Positions 13,597 to 26,110 of a stretch of DNA of 64,000 nt are shown in pieces. The stretch spans positions 110,918,001 through 110,982,000 of the forward strand of contig NC_042997.1 of assembly GCF_006345805.1 (NCBI RefSeq). Direction: 5' to 3'. A model generated the notes under the pieces. The model was not told where the DNA came from. It saw only the letters and a program-made list of their open reading frames with translations, and ran no database searches. Source of the stretch: Octopus sinensis. Lineage: Eukaryota. The position numbers and the translations under genes were made by a program. Every line of letters starts with the position of its first letter. Within the stretch, counting starts at the first letter, position 1.

Positions 13597-13865
13597 GGTA
13601 CTACTTAAAAGCGTACTCGCGTATCCGCGCTAGCTAGTCGTGACTAGTCGATCCCACAACGACTACCTAGCAAAAAAATGAAATACAAAATAAATAATTT
13701 TTTTCTACATGAAGTAAATAATTTTTTAAAAACAAAGTAAATAAAACACAAAGTAAATATTTTTTTAACGAAGTAAAAACAAAAACACAAAGGATCGACT
13801 AATCACGACTAGCTAATGCGGATGCGCGAGTGCGCGCACCGGGACCACTCTTTTTAAGTGGTACC
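13597..13865. mobile_element. Merlin-like MITE inserted in a SINE
   Basis: Termini GGTACTACTTAAAA / TTTTAAGTGGTACC, with extended inverted subterminal blocks. 9-bp TSD CAAAATACT (13588-13596) / CAAAATGCT (13866-13874). Confidence 0.8.
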
Positions 13866-15279
13866 CAAAATGCTTAGCAGCATTTCGCCCGTTGCTATGT
13901 TCTGAGTTCAAATTCCGCCGAGGTCGACTTTGCCTTTCGGGGTATATAATTTAAGTACCAGTTGCGTATTGGGGTCGATCTAACCGACTGGCCCCCTCCT
14001 CCAAAATTTCGGGCCTTGTGCCTACAGTAGAAAGGATTATATGTGAAAAGATATATTTTAACAGACACACACACACACACAAGTGAGCACATATTTCGTG
14101 GAAGGCGTGAAAAAAAACGTTCCCTTGGAGACCACATGGCCGATCGCTACGCGAAATTCTCACGAAGAATTTTAGGCGTATATATGTTTGTGTCGGTGTT
14201 TGTCCCCACCCCCATCACCACCATCGCTTGACAATCGATGTTGGTGTATTTACATCCCCGTAACCTAGCAGTTCGGCAAACGAGACCGATAGAATAAGTA
14301 CTGGGGTCGATTTGTTCAACTAAATGCAGTGCTCCAGCATGGCTGCAGCCAAATGACTAAAACAAATAAAAGAAAAAAAAAGAATAGTTTTTTTTTTGTG
14401 AGGTGGGGTATTGACAGCAAATAAAAAATTGCCCTTGCGGTATTTTATAAAATAAATCATTGTGATTTATAAAATATGGACATCTCTAAGTACTGGGAAA
14501 TATTTAAGTTTTAGTGATGTCATTCGAAACAACTAGCATTACACAAAAAAAAAATTCCTTGGGGAAAAAGTTTTCAATTAATACATCAAACTCTGACAAT
14601 GAAAAAAAAAAGAAAAACTACAGCAAGAAAGTTTTTAATAAGAATGCGAAATTCATATTTATAAAAAGAATAAAACATATTTTCGGTTGCGAAAAGATAG
14701 GGTTTTTTCCAAAGTTTAATAAACAAAAAACACCCGGAATTTTTATTCGTTTTGTCACGTTGATGTTTAATTATTATGGCAAATTAATAATATCTACAAA
14801 CTCTCTACAATAGATTTACAGAATCATTAGCGATCCAAGAAAACAAAGCGATTTGCAATTTTAAAAAGTAAAAAGAAAACGATATCAGTTAGAAGCAATC
14901 AAAGCAAAATCCAGTTAATAATAATTAGTAAATATAATTTAAAGAGACTTTACCTTCTTTACCCCGCCTCGATGTTTTGTCTCTTCTGAATACGAGAAAT
15001 ACTTATTCGTCCGATAGATTTGTGTAGTAAATTTTTTGCTCCCGAAATCGCTCTTAAAGTACTACTTAAAGGGGATAAAAAGCATATTGATTACGCAATC
15101 CTAAATGATGTAATAAGTCTGAAATGAAAATAAAGGAATGTTCGAGAATGAATGAGTGACGTCTAGTGATTGGTTAATGTGGGCCACACCTTTTGCTATT
15201 AAACGTGTCGAGGACAGGTTTGTTGATGTGAGATTTAAATCACTTTGCTACTAATAAAGAAAAAATAATGATAACAAAA

Positions 15280-15520
15280 AGGACGCACCTGGTCCTTGTT
15301 GGGATAGTTCTGGTCCCAAGTATATTGACCAGGGCGAAAGTGGGGCATAAGCAATTCATTACATGCATCGGTTTTATGCGTGCGTGGGTGGAATTGTGAG
15401 CGACAATAATCTCTGTCCTCGGTGATGATTACAGACAAGTGAGTCGAAGTGGCTGTTCAAGCGCATCTCCCTTGCCACCCTTCCAGGGCAACGCTTTTTC
15501 CCATTTTTTCAGCTGGGACC
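15280..15520 (+). mobile_element. Very degenerate CRE-like non-LTR retrotransposon, RLE C-terminus
   Basis: Frameshifted translation ESKWLFKRISLAT..QGNAFS resembles the CRE motif WLFQRISIAIQRGNA. An upstream CWDSSGP resembles VWDATCPD. Confidence 0.5.
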
Positions 15521-17855
15521 ACCAGGCTCATTCACAAGTCTTACGCCTCTTAAATATAATGTCTATAAGCTCAACATTCTACACCTGCAAATTATTTTGA
15601 AGATGTCTCCTACATTGTAAGTTACTGCTTGAAAATATCTTCATAGTAGTAACTACATCTAAACATTATCTCCTTACTAACACAATTGCTTTAACCGGAT
15701 GTTATGTTTGCAACATAGTATTTTTATTGTATGTGTCATCACTCTTAACAAAACAAAACGAAATAGAAGCAATAGTATTTGCTACGGCAAGCTTGTGAAT
15801 GCATAAATACGATTATTATAGGAGGTGGGGAATTAGTAACCGGAGTAACAAAAAGTAATTTCTGATTTCTCGTTATATTCTCCTTACCTGTTTGAAATGA
15901 TTACATTGCATTATTGCGTCGTCATTTTGCATTGTTACATTATATTTATTTCTTTACTACCCACAAGGGGCTAAACATAGAGGGGACAAACAAGGACAGA
16001 CAAACGGATTAAGTCGATTATATCGACCCCAAGCGTAACTGGTACTTAATTCATCGACCCCGAAAGGATGAAAGGCAAAGTCGATCTCGGCGGAATTTGA
16101 ACTCAGAACGTAACAGCGTGCTAACGTTTCTGCCAGCTTGCCGCCTTCTTGCATTGTTTCATTATAGTTAGGAGTAAAAATTGGTCGGCATCGTTGTTAT
16201 TGTTGAAGCTGAGGGAGTCCAAAATATAATGAGGTCCTCTTTCTTCAAGAAATCTTCCCTCAGCTTTTTCACCCGATTGTAATTGAGATTACTAATAAAA
16301 TATCGGGATAATTTTTGGTGTTTAACATTCAATTATTTTTTTCTCTGTTGGATTCCAAGTTAGTTTTTTCCCCCACACTTATGTCTAATTGATTATTTTC
16401 AAGCTTCAAAAGATGGTGTCTAAAATGGAATAAAATAATTAATGACTAATTTCAATAATTTCTTCTCTTTAACGCATGGTAAGTAAATATATCACGAAGA
16501 ATACACTCCAGTAGCAGATCGGGAAGAAGCTACAGAAAATATTTCATGCTGAGTTTTATTTGTTTTTTTAGTGGAGTTTCGCTGATTATGTGCCATTTTC
16601 CCTCCTCATCCTCTTTCATTTGACATCATCATCGTTTAACATCCGTTTTCCATGCTGGCATGAGTTGGACGGTTTGACTGGGGACTGGCAAACCAGGAGG
16701 CTGTACCAGGCTCCAATCTGATCTGGCAATGTTTCTACAGCTGGATGCCCTTACTACCGCCAACCACTCCGAGAGTGTAGTGGGTTCTTTTTACATACCA
16801 CCAGCACAGGAGCCAGTCCGGTGGCACTGGAAACGACGTATGCATGAATGGTGCTTATTGTATGCCAACAGCGCAAAAGCCAGTCAAGTGGCACTGGCAT
16901 CAATCACAACATGTCGCCCGACGATTCAAAGGGACTTTTTAAATGGGCTGGTTATACAACACTGGTATAGGCTACAGCAGTGATCTCACTTCACTTGCTG
17001 GGTCTTCTCAATAACAGCATATCTCCAGAGGTCTCAGTCTCTTATCATTGTTTCTGTGAGGCCCAACATTGGAAGGTCATGCTTGACCTAGATATTTAAA
17101 AATATTTTGGCATTTCTGATGTCTAGGGATGGATATTCATGTGTATAAGTCTCTTTTCTGGAGAACTGAAGTGGCCAATTTCCCTTATCTTGACTTACTC
17201 ATTTTGCCCCAGCCAAATTTGTCTTTTACATGCTCAAAGAGAACGGTAATTATTTTCTGAAAAATGATCAAATTATGTTATAATGCTTTTAATGCATTTA
17301 GGGAAGGACATTTGCATAGCTGATATAGTTTTTGTAAAGGAGTGAACATTTGTAAAAAATATATTTTGTCTCAAAGTCAAAATTGCAGTAAAAACACCTC
17401 ATTTCCTCACAGATGCAGAATATCATTGAAGACTACACATGCCTCTCTCACGCCAAATAGTAATATTTATATGTGAGAGCAAGTATACATATATACATGT
17501 CGAAAGAATGCTATGTATATATACATACATATGCTGGTGGCACATAAAAAGCACCATTTGAGCGTGGCCGTTGCCAGTACCGCCTGACTGGCCCTCATGC
17601 CAGTGGCACGTAAAAGCACCCACTACACTCTCGGAGTGGTTGGCATTAGGAAGGGCATCCAGCTGTAGAAACTCTGCCAGATCAGATTTGAGCCTGGTGC
17701 AGCCATCTGGTTCGCCAGTCCTCAGTCAAATCGTCCAACCCATGCTAGCATGGAAAGCAGATGTTAAACGATAATGATGATGATTTTATTTGTTATTTAT
17801 GTTTTGGTTTATGTCTATCATTGTTTGAGTTGCATAATAGTGGTTTTATCTCTAA

Positions 17856-17887
<32 letters not shown>

Positions 17888-18066
17888 TCTGTTGTGTCTA
17901 GGGAGAGTCATTCTCTTTTAGTGCTTTATAATTTAACAAACTCACCAGTAAAGTTTCCACTCATGTATACTTATTTATTTTTATATAATTTTCGTTGCGT
18001 CTTGCAATCTTTTCAATAGTTGTTGACTCTCCCCAGACACCACAGATAGCGTTTTTCTGATGGCTG

Positions 18067-18127
18067 GATAACTGAAGAGATGGTGGTGTGGATTTCTACC
18101 TTGGCATCCGAAACTCAGAGTTTTATC
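18067..18127 (+). ncRNA. Type I hammerhead ribozyme-like motif in a Penelope-type terminal repeat
   Basis: GAUAA-CUGAAGA-GAUG...CAUC-C-GAAA-CUCAGAG-UU-UUAUC. Stem I GAUAA/UUAUC, stem III ACU/AGU, GUU triplet, imperfect stem II. Confidence 0.55.
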
Positions 18128-18164
18128 TTAGCTACCAAATAATTGTCACATATTACATTTACAG

Positions 18165-18200
<36 letters not shown>

Positions 18201-18431
18201 ATATTATTCTTTTACTTGTTTCAATCATTTGACTGCAGCCATGATGGAGCACCACTTTTTAGTCAAGTAAATCGACCTCAAGACTTATTCTTTGTAAGCC
18301 TAGCAGCCTAGTACTTATTCTATCGGTCTCTTTTGCCGAAATGCTAAGTTACGGGACATAAACACACTAACATTGGTTGTCAAGCAATATCAGAGGGACA
18401 AATACAGACACGTGCACATATATACTTATAA

Positions 18432-18472
<41 letters not shown>

Positions 18473-18610
18473 GGGCTTCTTCCAGTTTCCATCTGCCAAA
18501 TCCACTCATAAGGCTTTAGTCAGCCCGTGGCTATAGTAGAAGACACTTGCCCAAGGTGCCATGCCGTGAGACTGAACCCCGGAATCATGAGGTTGGGAAG
18601 CAAGCTTCTT

Positions 18611-20079
18611 TATTTCCTTTAAATTGCCATAAAGGCATTACATAGAGGGGGACACTACAACACATGTGGGGACTTATAACAATTAAAATAAAAATATGAT
18701 GCTATGAATGACACATGAAAATGAACATGAAAAACGTTAAAATCAAAATATTAAAATGATGATACATGAATGATAATTTGAGAAATGAGAATATGAAAAG
18801 CGTGTTACTCACGCCACACTGAGTAACACCACTCACCACCTCTGAGTCTTTAGTCTTTGATCTAGTCTTTCATTTACCGCTTTCCCCATTGCTAAGTGAC
18901 AATACTCTCTCCTCCATGTACACATAGCCTTTTCACCAGGAAAGGGGGTCTTGTAAATTTTGTGGTGTCTGTTCTTTCTTCTTTTTTCCTGTGGGGAGAG
19001 GGGGTGGGTGTGTTTGGTGTCTGTATGGGGAGGGTGGGTCTGAGTGGTCTTGAGTGGGATGGAGTTGGTCTGGAGTCCCACATTACACTAGACTGTTCTT
19101 CCTTGTCTGTCTCTTTTCCCTTTTATTCTCTGTCACTGTCCATTCATCCTCCTTGTTCCTTCCATCTATCTGTACTTCCTTTTTCTCTTCCGTCTCCACC
19201 ACCGCTGCTGCTGTTGTCTTCCTCTGCAGAGGGCAGTGTGCTTTGATGTGACCCTTTTAGCCACATTTAAAACATCATGGGATTCTGCCCTCCACCCACA
19301 CTCTTAATACAATCTCTCCCAATGTTACCATCTCTGCCAAGCTCTCCAATTGTTGCTCCTCTGCCTGTATAATGAGGTCCAGTGTTTTATGTCTCCGTCC
19401 TCTGTTTCCGTGGCTTGGAGGACAGCCACCTCCTCACTTCCAACAAGGACGGCTGCCACAAACCAAGCCACTTCTATATCAGGTGGAATTCCTTCTAGCC
19501 TCACCTTAGAAGTCTTTCTACCAAGGTACATGGGTAGAAGTATCACTTCCTCCATTTTTACAGTTGCACTCGCCAGCCTCTTTGCCTCCTCCGCTGTCCT
19601 AAACTGGACAACCACCGGCCCTTATCCATTTCCTTTCGCTATGTATGTCACTTCCTTTGAAAGCCCCTTCAATACTTTTTCTACTTTTTCCCTCTCCATC
19701 CGCTCCACCTTCCTACTCTCCACTGAGTACACCTTGTAGGTAATGGTCTTCTTTTCCTTATTTTTCCATGACCCTTTTCGGGGGTAATAACTTTATGTCA
19801 CCACCCACCTTCTGTGTCATGTTACACAGCTCCTCCAGTCCGGCTAGGTCCACCTCCCTTTTCTTCACCTCTGCAGCCTCAGCAAAACTCTTTACTCTTT
19901 CCAAATGCTCGTTCATTCTATTTACCACCTTGACGAGCTCCTCCTCTGCTGAGGACAGCTCATACTTGCTAAGGTCTGAATACATTGTCTCTATGGGTAT
20001 AACAGCCACTGCCAGGCAGCACAAAATATCTCGTCCGTCTCGTCAAAAATCAACACAGCAAATAGACCGACACATGCGC
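18611..20079 (-). mobile_element. ORF1-only non-autonomous LINE (L1/Tx1-like), 15-bp TSD, inserted in a SINE
   Basis: TSD GGAAGCAAGCTTCTT at 18596-18610 and 20080-20094. Interrupted ORF1 (SKVRLEGIPPDI; knuckle CFKCG*KGHIKAHC). AATAAA at the 3' end. No EN/RT recognisable. Confidence 0.8.
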
Positions 20080-20779
20080 GGAAGCAAGCTTCTTACCACA
20101 CAGTCATACTTGTACCTATGTGTATATATATGTATATATATCCCATTGTGTGTGTGTGCACACATCTGTGTATGTATGTACATATATCTGATCTTTTATC
20201 TGCATGATAAGTAAAAGAGTATTATATAGTGCAAATGTCTGATCTAGAACTCAATACATTGTGGAGAGTGCAGTTTCTCCTTATATGTGTGTATATGTAT
20301 TCATATATAAGTGCTTCAAGGCCACGCCCAAGGCTTCACTGAAGAGCTTTGAGATCAACCCCCTTCAACTCCCTGACACTTGGGAAACAGAAGCACAAGG
20401 CTGCCCTGCCTGATGAAGCTGCCCCAACAAAGGTGTCCCCTCCTGTGAGCCAAACTGGGTTGCAAGAGCACAAAGAAGACACAAATGATACAAGTCCACA
20501 GCCAAATCCTTGCCTTCAGTCCCACCAGGCCACCAGTGCCCAACCTGCATCGGACTGATTGGTCAGTTTTCTCCCACGTGATAGCCTTCCTCATCAACAA
20601 CACCGACTAACGAACCAATTTAGTAGTACATTTGTAGAGGCTGCATGTTGATGTGTATGCATATGAACAAGAGATTCCTTAATTAAAAAATCAGCAAGAG
20701 TTAGTGACAGGAAGAGCATCCAGCTGTGAAACAATGCCTCAGCAATATACCAGATTCAACTCACTCTAACCCAACTACC

Positions 20780-21070
20780 TGTACATCTTTCCATTGAAAC
20801 ACAGAAATCATCTGTCTCTTCCAAACCCTACTTTCTGATCCCATGACCATTCCGGTCTTTCCTCACCTCCAAGACAGACAAAATCCCCAGCAGCCTTCTA
20901 GTTCTAAGCTACAAACTGCCCAGCCACACACAATCGGCCACTCTTAAGCGTGCTTGCCAACAATGCAACACCTGCCTCTACATTAATAACACTACAACCA
21001 TCGCTGGGCCTAAGTTACAGCACCACTTTACCTGAAACTTCTGTTGCAGATCTTCTAACCTTGTGTTATG
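20780..21070 (+). mobile_element. Penelope-like fragment (Cys linker before GIY-YIG)
   Basis: Degenerate translation CQQCNTCLYINNT...HHFT..SNL resembles the Neptune-type PLE linker. Confidence 0.5.
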
Positions 21071-21583
21071 CTTTATGCTGTGAAAATCTAAATTTGCTTC
21101 ATTGAAAATGTATCTCAGCAAAATTTTAATGAAGAAAGTGTATTGTTCAGAATGTTAAAAGACACTCCTCCTGCACCCCCTTATATTCTTTTCTATTCTG
21201 GACAGAAGGCCCAAAATTTTTGGGGCGCGGGGTCAGTTTATTAGATCGACCTCAGTATGCAACAGGTACCTAATTTATTGACCCGAAAGGATGAAAGGCA
21301 AAGTCGACCTCGGTGGAATTTGAACTCAGAATGTAAAGACAGATGAAATGCCTCTAAGCATTTCGCCCGGCATGCAAACACTTCTGCCAGCCTGCCGCCT
21401 TCCCGCACCCCTTATATTAATTCTTTCTCTATTTCTGTTACTCTTTCCTTCTCCAATTATCTCTACAAGGTAAAGCATGACAGGAAATCAAGCAACCAAT
21501 ATTTCTGTCACCTATTATTAAATATCATAATTCATAATATCAATAAAGATGCATTTGTATTTTGCTGTTGTGATTAACTTTAA

Positions 21584-22141
21584 CCCTTTAGCATTTAAAC
21601 TGTCCAAATCCAACCTAAATATTCTACTTGTTTTTATATTCAAGCTAGCCAGATCTAGCTTCTCATACCAACCCTACAATGTCATTCTAGAAATAAGCAA
21701 ACTGTAGTTGTGATACCTGTGCTGGTGGCACATAAAAAGTACCATCTGAATGTGGCTGTTGCCAGCTCTGCTTTGACTGGCGTCTGTGCCGATAGCACGT
21801 AAAAAGCACCAACCAATTGTGGACGTTGCCAGCCTCCTCTGGCCCCTGTGCCTGTGGCACATAAAAAGCAACCACTACACTCACGGAGTGGTTGGCGTTA
21901 GGAAGGGCATGCAGCTGTAGAAACACTGCCAGATCAGACTGGAGCCTGGTGCAGCCTCCTGGTTTTCCAGACCCTGGTCGAACCATCCAACCCATGCTAG
22001 CATGGAAAGTGGACATTAAACGATGATGATCATCATCATCATCAAAATCACAAAGCTACAAGATATTGCATGATTAATTAAAAGCAACGTGAATAAATAA
22101 GTATTATTACAGTTGACAGGGTAATCTGTATGCTGAAGCAG
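21584..22141. mobile_element. piggyBac-type MITE interrupted by a SINE-like repeat
   Basis: TTAA|CCCTTTAGCATT at the left end and an imperfect ATGCTGAAGCAG|TTAA at the right. Confidence 0.5.
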
Positions 22142-22479
22142 TTAAGCCCTTCCCAGTCCAATTTTATTCTGTGTTGTGTCTAAAAAGTACAAATGCTTAT
22201 CTCCAATTCAATTTACAGCAATTTAACAACAGATCCTTGTCCTGCAACTTTCTCATATTTCAAGTGTTCTGGTCCAGTGAGCAAGACAGACATCACTTCT
22301 TCCAGAAATTTGTGCTAAATTTGGCAGTTTGCATAGAAGGAAAAGAAAACACAATATCTATCCAAAAATAAATGTATTTTTTAAAAATCAAGAAATATCC
22401 ACTGGATTATGGCTGGGAGATAGCAGCTTACTCAGAGTAGCTGTTCTCAGCTTCTGCCATGGATGAATGTATGTATGTC

Positions 22480-23080
22480 ATTGTTCAGTTTTATTTCAAG
22501 ATTTCTTGCCAATAGAGAAAGAACGGGTTTCTAACCAAGATTTAAGGCTCCTTCATTGGAATTTCAGCATCAAGAACAGAGTATTTTTATTTGTATGTAT
22601 GTATGTATGTGTGCAGATTTGTATGTTTTGTTTTATGTATGTCTTCTCATGCATATAGCTACATATCTAGACATGCTCATATGTATTTAAATGATAAACT
22701 TCTGGAAAGTTTTACAGATTTTTACAGTTCCATTGATGGATTTGATCCGTAGTCTTCGAATTAGCTTTCTCCTTTTTGGTTTTGAGAAGACTAATCTCTC
22801 AAGATTCGTTATTTAGGCAGTGTGTTACATATACCAGGGCCCCAATAATTACAGGTATAAACCTGAACTTGTAATCTGGATAGAGTAACTGCAGATTTTT
22901 CAACAGTTCAGCATAGGTATTCTCTTTTTTCACTGATCTTCAGCTTTATGTTAACATCCGCTGGGCAGCTAATTGCCACAACTATGCACACTTTCTCTTC
23001 TCTTTTCCAAATCATTATATCGGGTCTGTTGTGCTTACATTTTATTGAGGTCTTCACTGAGACATTCCACCAGTACTCCA
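22480..23080 (-). mobile_element. R4/Dong-like non-LTR retrotransposon 3' end (restriction-like endonuclease)
   Basis: EYWWNVSVKT...HNRPDIMIWKREEKVCIVVAISCPAD (PD..D RLE motif), with (CATA)n-rich ends. Confidence 0.75.
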
Positions 23081-23100
23081 ATGTATGTATGTATGTATGT

Positions 23101-24625
23101 CCCTCTAACATTCACCCTACCATTCATGTCTTCATGAAAAGACCTAACCAAAGCAAGGAACTTTTCAGGACACCCAAGTTTCTGGAGGACTTTCCACAAT
23201 GCTTTTCTATTGACGGTATCAAAGGCTTTTGTCAGATCGACAAAAACCTGATTCAAATCCAGACCCTGTTCCACACACTTCCAAATGTCGGAGCCCATTT
23301 CAATACAAAATGGAGTGAAATGGGGGGGATATTCTGGCACCGACCCTATTTTCCATATATTTTGCGATGGTGTTCTGTATTGCATTCAGAAACTGCAGAT
23401 GTGGTTTTTACGTCCATTATCGAACCTCTGGCAGCATATTTAATATCAGGCGCCTTGCTGCAAAAACAAGGGTATTTACCTCTATCATAAGAGACCTTTT
23501 GTATGCAGATGATTGTGAGCTAGTAGCACACACAGAGATTGATATGCAACACATTTTGAATGCATTCTCTGATGCTTGCACTGCCTTAGGATTGACAGTC
23601 AATCTCAAGAAAACTGTTGTCATGCATCAACCTGCCCCTGGTAAACAGTATAGTGTACCAAATATCTATGTGTATGGTAAACGACTTGATGTAGTTGATC
23701 AGTTTGTCTACCTGGGAAGCACTATTAATAGATATGGCAATTTGGATGATGAAATTCCATATAGAATTAGGAAAGTAAGTGTTGCTTTCGGAAGGCTAGA
23801 AAAGCGCCTCTGGAGTCGATGAGATATATGCAGAAAGACAAAGATAAAGGTGTACAAGGCATGTGTGCTCCCTTCTCTTCTCTATGCCTGCAAGACGTGG
23901 GTCACATATCGATACCACCTTAAACAACTGGAACGTTTCCATCAGATGTGCCTCAGACGGATCTATGGCATTAAGTGGAAGGAGTGCATCAGTGATCTTG
24001 AAATATCGGAAGGCTCTCGGTGTGAAAGTATAGAAGCTCTTGTGTTAAAGCAAAGGCTCAGATGGAGTGGTCATCTGGTCAGGATGAAGGATTCAAGGAT
24101 GCCAAAACAACTCTTTTATGGAGAGTTAGCTAAAGGAGAACGACCTCCACATAAACCAAAAAAGAGGTATAAGGACTTGCTGAAGGCTTCCTTACAAGAT
24201 GCTTGCATCTCTCCTGACACATGGGAAGGCATAGCTATTGATCGTAGCAGGTGGAGAAGGATTGTGCATGAGGGGACAGCTACTTTTGAGAAATCTCGAG
24301 TTGCACATGAGAAAGTAAGGAGGGATGTCAGGAAGGGCATCGCTGTTACACTTCCAGAAGGGAAGGATCTTCCTTTGATGCTGACATGCATCAAAGAGTG
24401 GAAGAGAGTGTAATTCGGCAGGAAGATATAAACGACATGCAAAGGTACATGAAGCCCAGCTACAACTACAGCCGGCTATTACCAGTAAAGGTTTTAGTTG
24501 CCAATTTTGTACAAGACATTGTAGATCTTTAGCTGGGCTAAAAAGTCACATTCGATCACAGCACCAGTAACAGTTAAGCTTCGTGCAATGGCCATATTCG
24601 ATAACGAGGGGGAAGCCATAATAAT
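23101..24625 (+). mobile_element. RTE-clade LINE, 5'-truncated, with an inverted 5' segment (23101-~23282)
   Basis: Plus strand: QMSEPISIQNGVK..LAPTLF, LLYADD, FVYLGS, LRWSGHLVRM. Minus strand: FVDLTKAFDTVNR...RVNVRG. aatgtatgtatg tracts on both sides. Confidence 0.93.
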
Positions 24626-24709
24626 GTATGTATGTATGTATGTATGTAGGTAGGTAGATAGATAGGTAGGTAAGTAGGTATAGTGAGAATTTACAAAAAA
24701 AAACAAAAG

Positions 24710-26110
24710 ACGAAGATGGGTGTGTAAACAACAAACAGATGTATTAGTTTAATGCTCAGGAAGTGAGAAAGTCTTTTACATTTTGAGCCTATGCTCTTTG
24801 ACAGAAAGGAACACAGAAATAAACAGGGAGAGAAAATAAAAAAGGTTTAGTGGCTAGCGATCTATCATGGCAAATGCCAGACAGAGGGGTCACAGAGGAG
24901 AGCTAGCAAGGAGGGGAGATAATAAAGTAGTGTGATCCCAAAATGAAGGTGTGCGTGCATGTGGATGGGGGATGGTGACCTTGACATGTGCGTGTGTGAA
25001 TGTAGGTGTGGGGGAGGCGAGAGTGGGGGAAGCAAGGGTGGAGTGTTGGTTAGGGTAAGGGTAGGGTAAGGACGGAGTCGATGGAAGTGAGGTGGAAGGA
25101 ATGGGGTGGAAGAGAGTGGAGTGATGAATGCTGACTGAAATGTTGAGAAAGGTGACGGAAGTGTTGGAAATAGTGCAGGAGAAGTGGAGGGCAGGATGGA
25201 AACATTTGACAAAAGAGAAGAAGGAGTCTAGATGTTCGCAGGAGAGTGAGGTCACACCGATACAGTCGTTAATATAACAACCATATAGTTTGGGAGTGGA
25301 ACCAGTGAAACTTGAGAATATTTGAGCCTCAATGTGGCCAACGAACAGGTTTGCATAGTTGGGGCCCATTCTTGTTCCCATGGCCACTCCTGAGAACTGC
25401 TGGTGAAAATCACTTGTGAATGAGAATCAGTTAAGGGAGAGGACAAGTTCGGCCAGACGAAGGAGTGTAGATGTGTCAGGTTGGGGTTGGGTTGAAGGTC
25501 AAGGAAATGTTGGAGTGCACGCAACCTCTCGTGGTGAGGGATCACTGTATAGATTCTTGATATCAAGAGTGAAGAGAAGTTTAGAGGGGCCAGGAGGGAA
25601 GGAGAAAGAGTTGAACAAATGAAGAGCATGGCTGGTGTCATGGATGTGAGAGGGGAGGGAAGCCACTAGGAGGGCAAGGACACAGTCAAGATGTCTGGAG
25701 ATGAGTTCAGTGGGACAGTTGCAGGTGGAGACAATGGGGTGGCCGGGTTGTTAGGTTTGTGGATTTGGGGGAGGAAGTAAATTGTGGGAATGTGAGGGGT
25801 GTGGACAATGAGGTTAGAGGCGTTGGGGGAGATGGGTAGAGGAGATGAGGTCATGGATAGTGGAGGATACAGTCTGTTGGTAGCTGGGCATGGGATTGGA
25901 GGGCAGAGGGCAGTAGAAAGAGGTGTCATGAAGTTGGTGGAGAGCTTCCGTCTTGTAGAGGTCCACACGCCACACCACCATGGCTCCACCCTTGTTGGCT
26001 GGTTTTATGATGATGTTTGTGCAGCGTCGGAGACATTGAAGGGCCAAGAGTTTGGCTGGGGAGATGTTGGGGACGCCTGGAAAATGATGAATAAATTTTG
26101 AATGGCCACC
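24710..26110 (-). mobile_element. Penelope-like element (Neptune-type), degenerate RT plus terminal repeat
   Basis: IIIKPANKGGAMVV, AMGTRMGPNYANLFVG, YGCYINDC, FHPALHFS across frameshifted ORFs. Confidence 0.9.

Noticed and set aside
11719-15932. Minus-strand multi-exon CDS joining 15932-15888, 15061-14954 and 11813-11719
   Set aside because: The first two join in frame, but the third is phase-incompatible (immediate stop) and the peptide resembles nothing I recognise.
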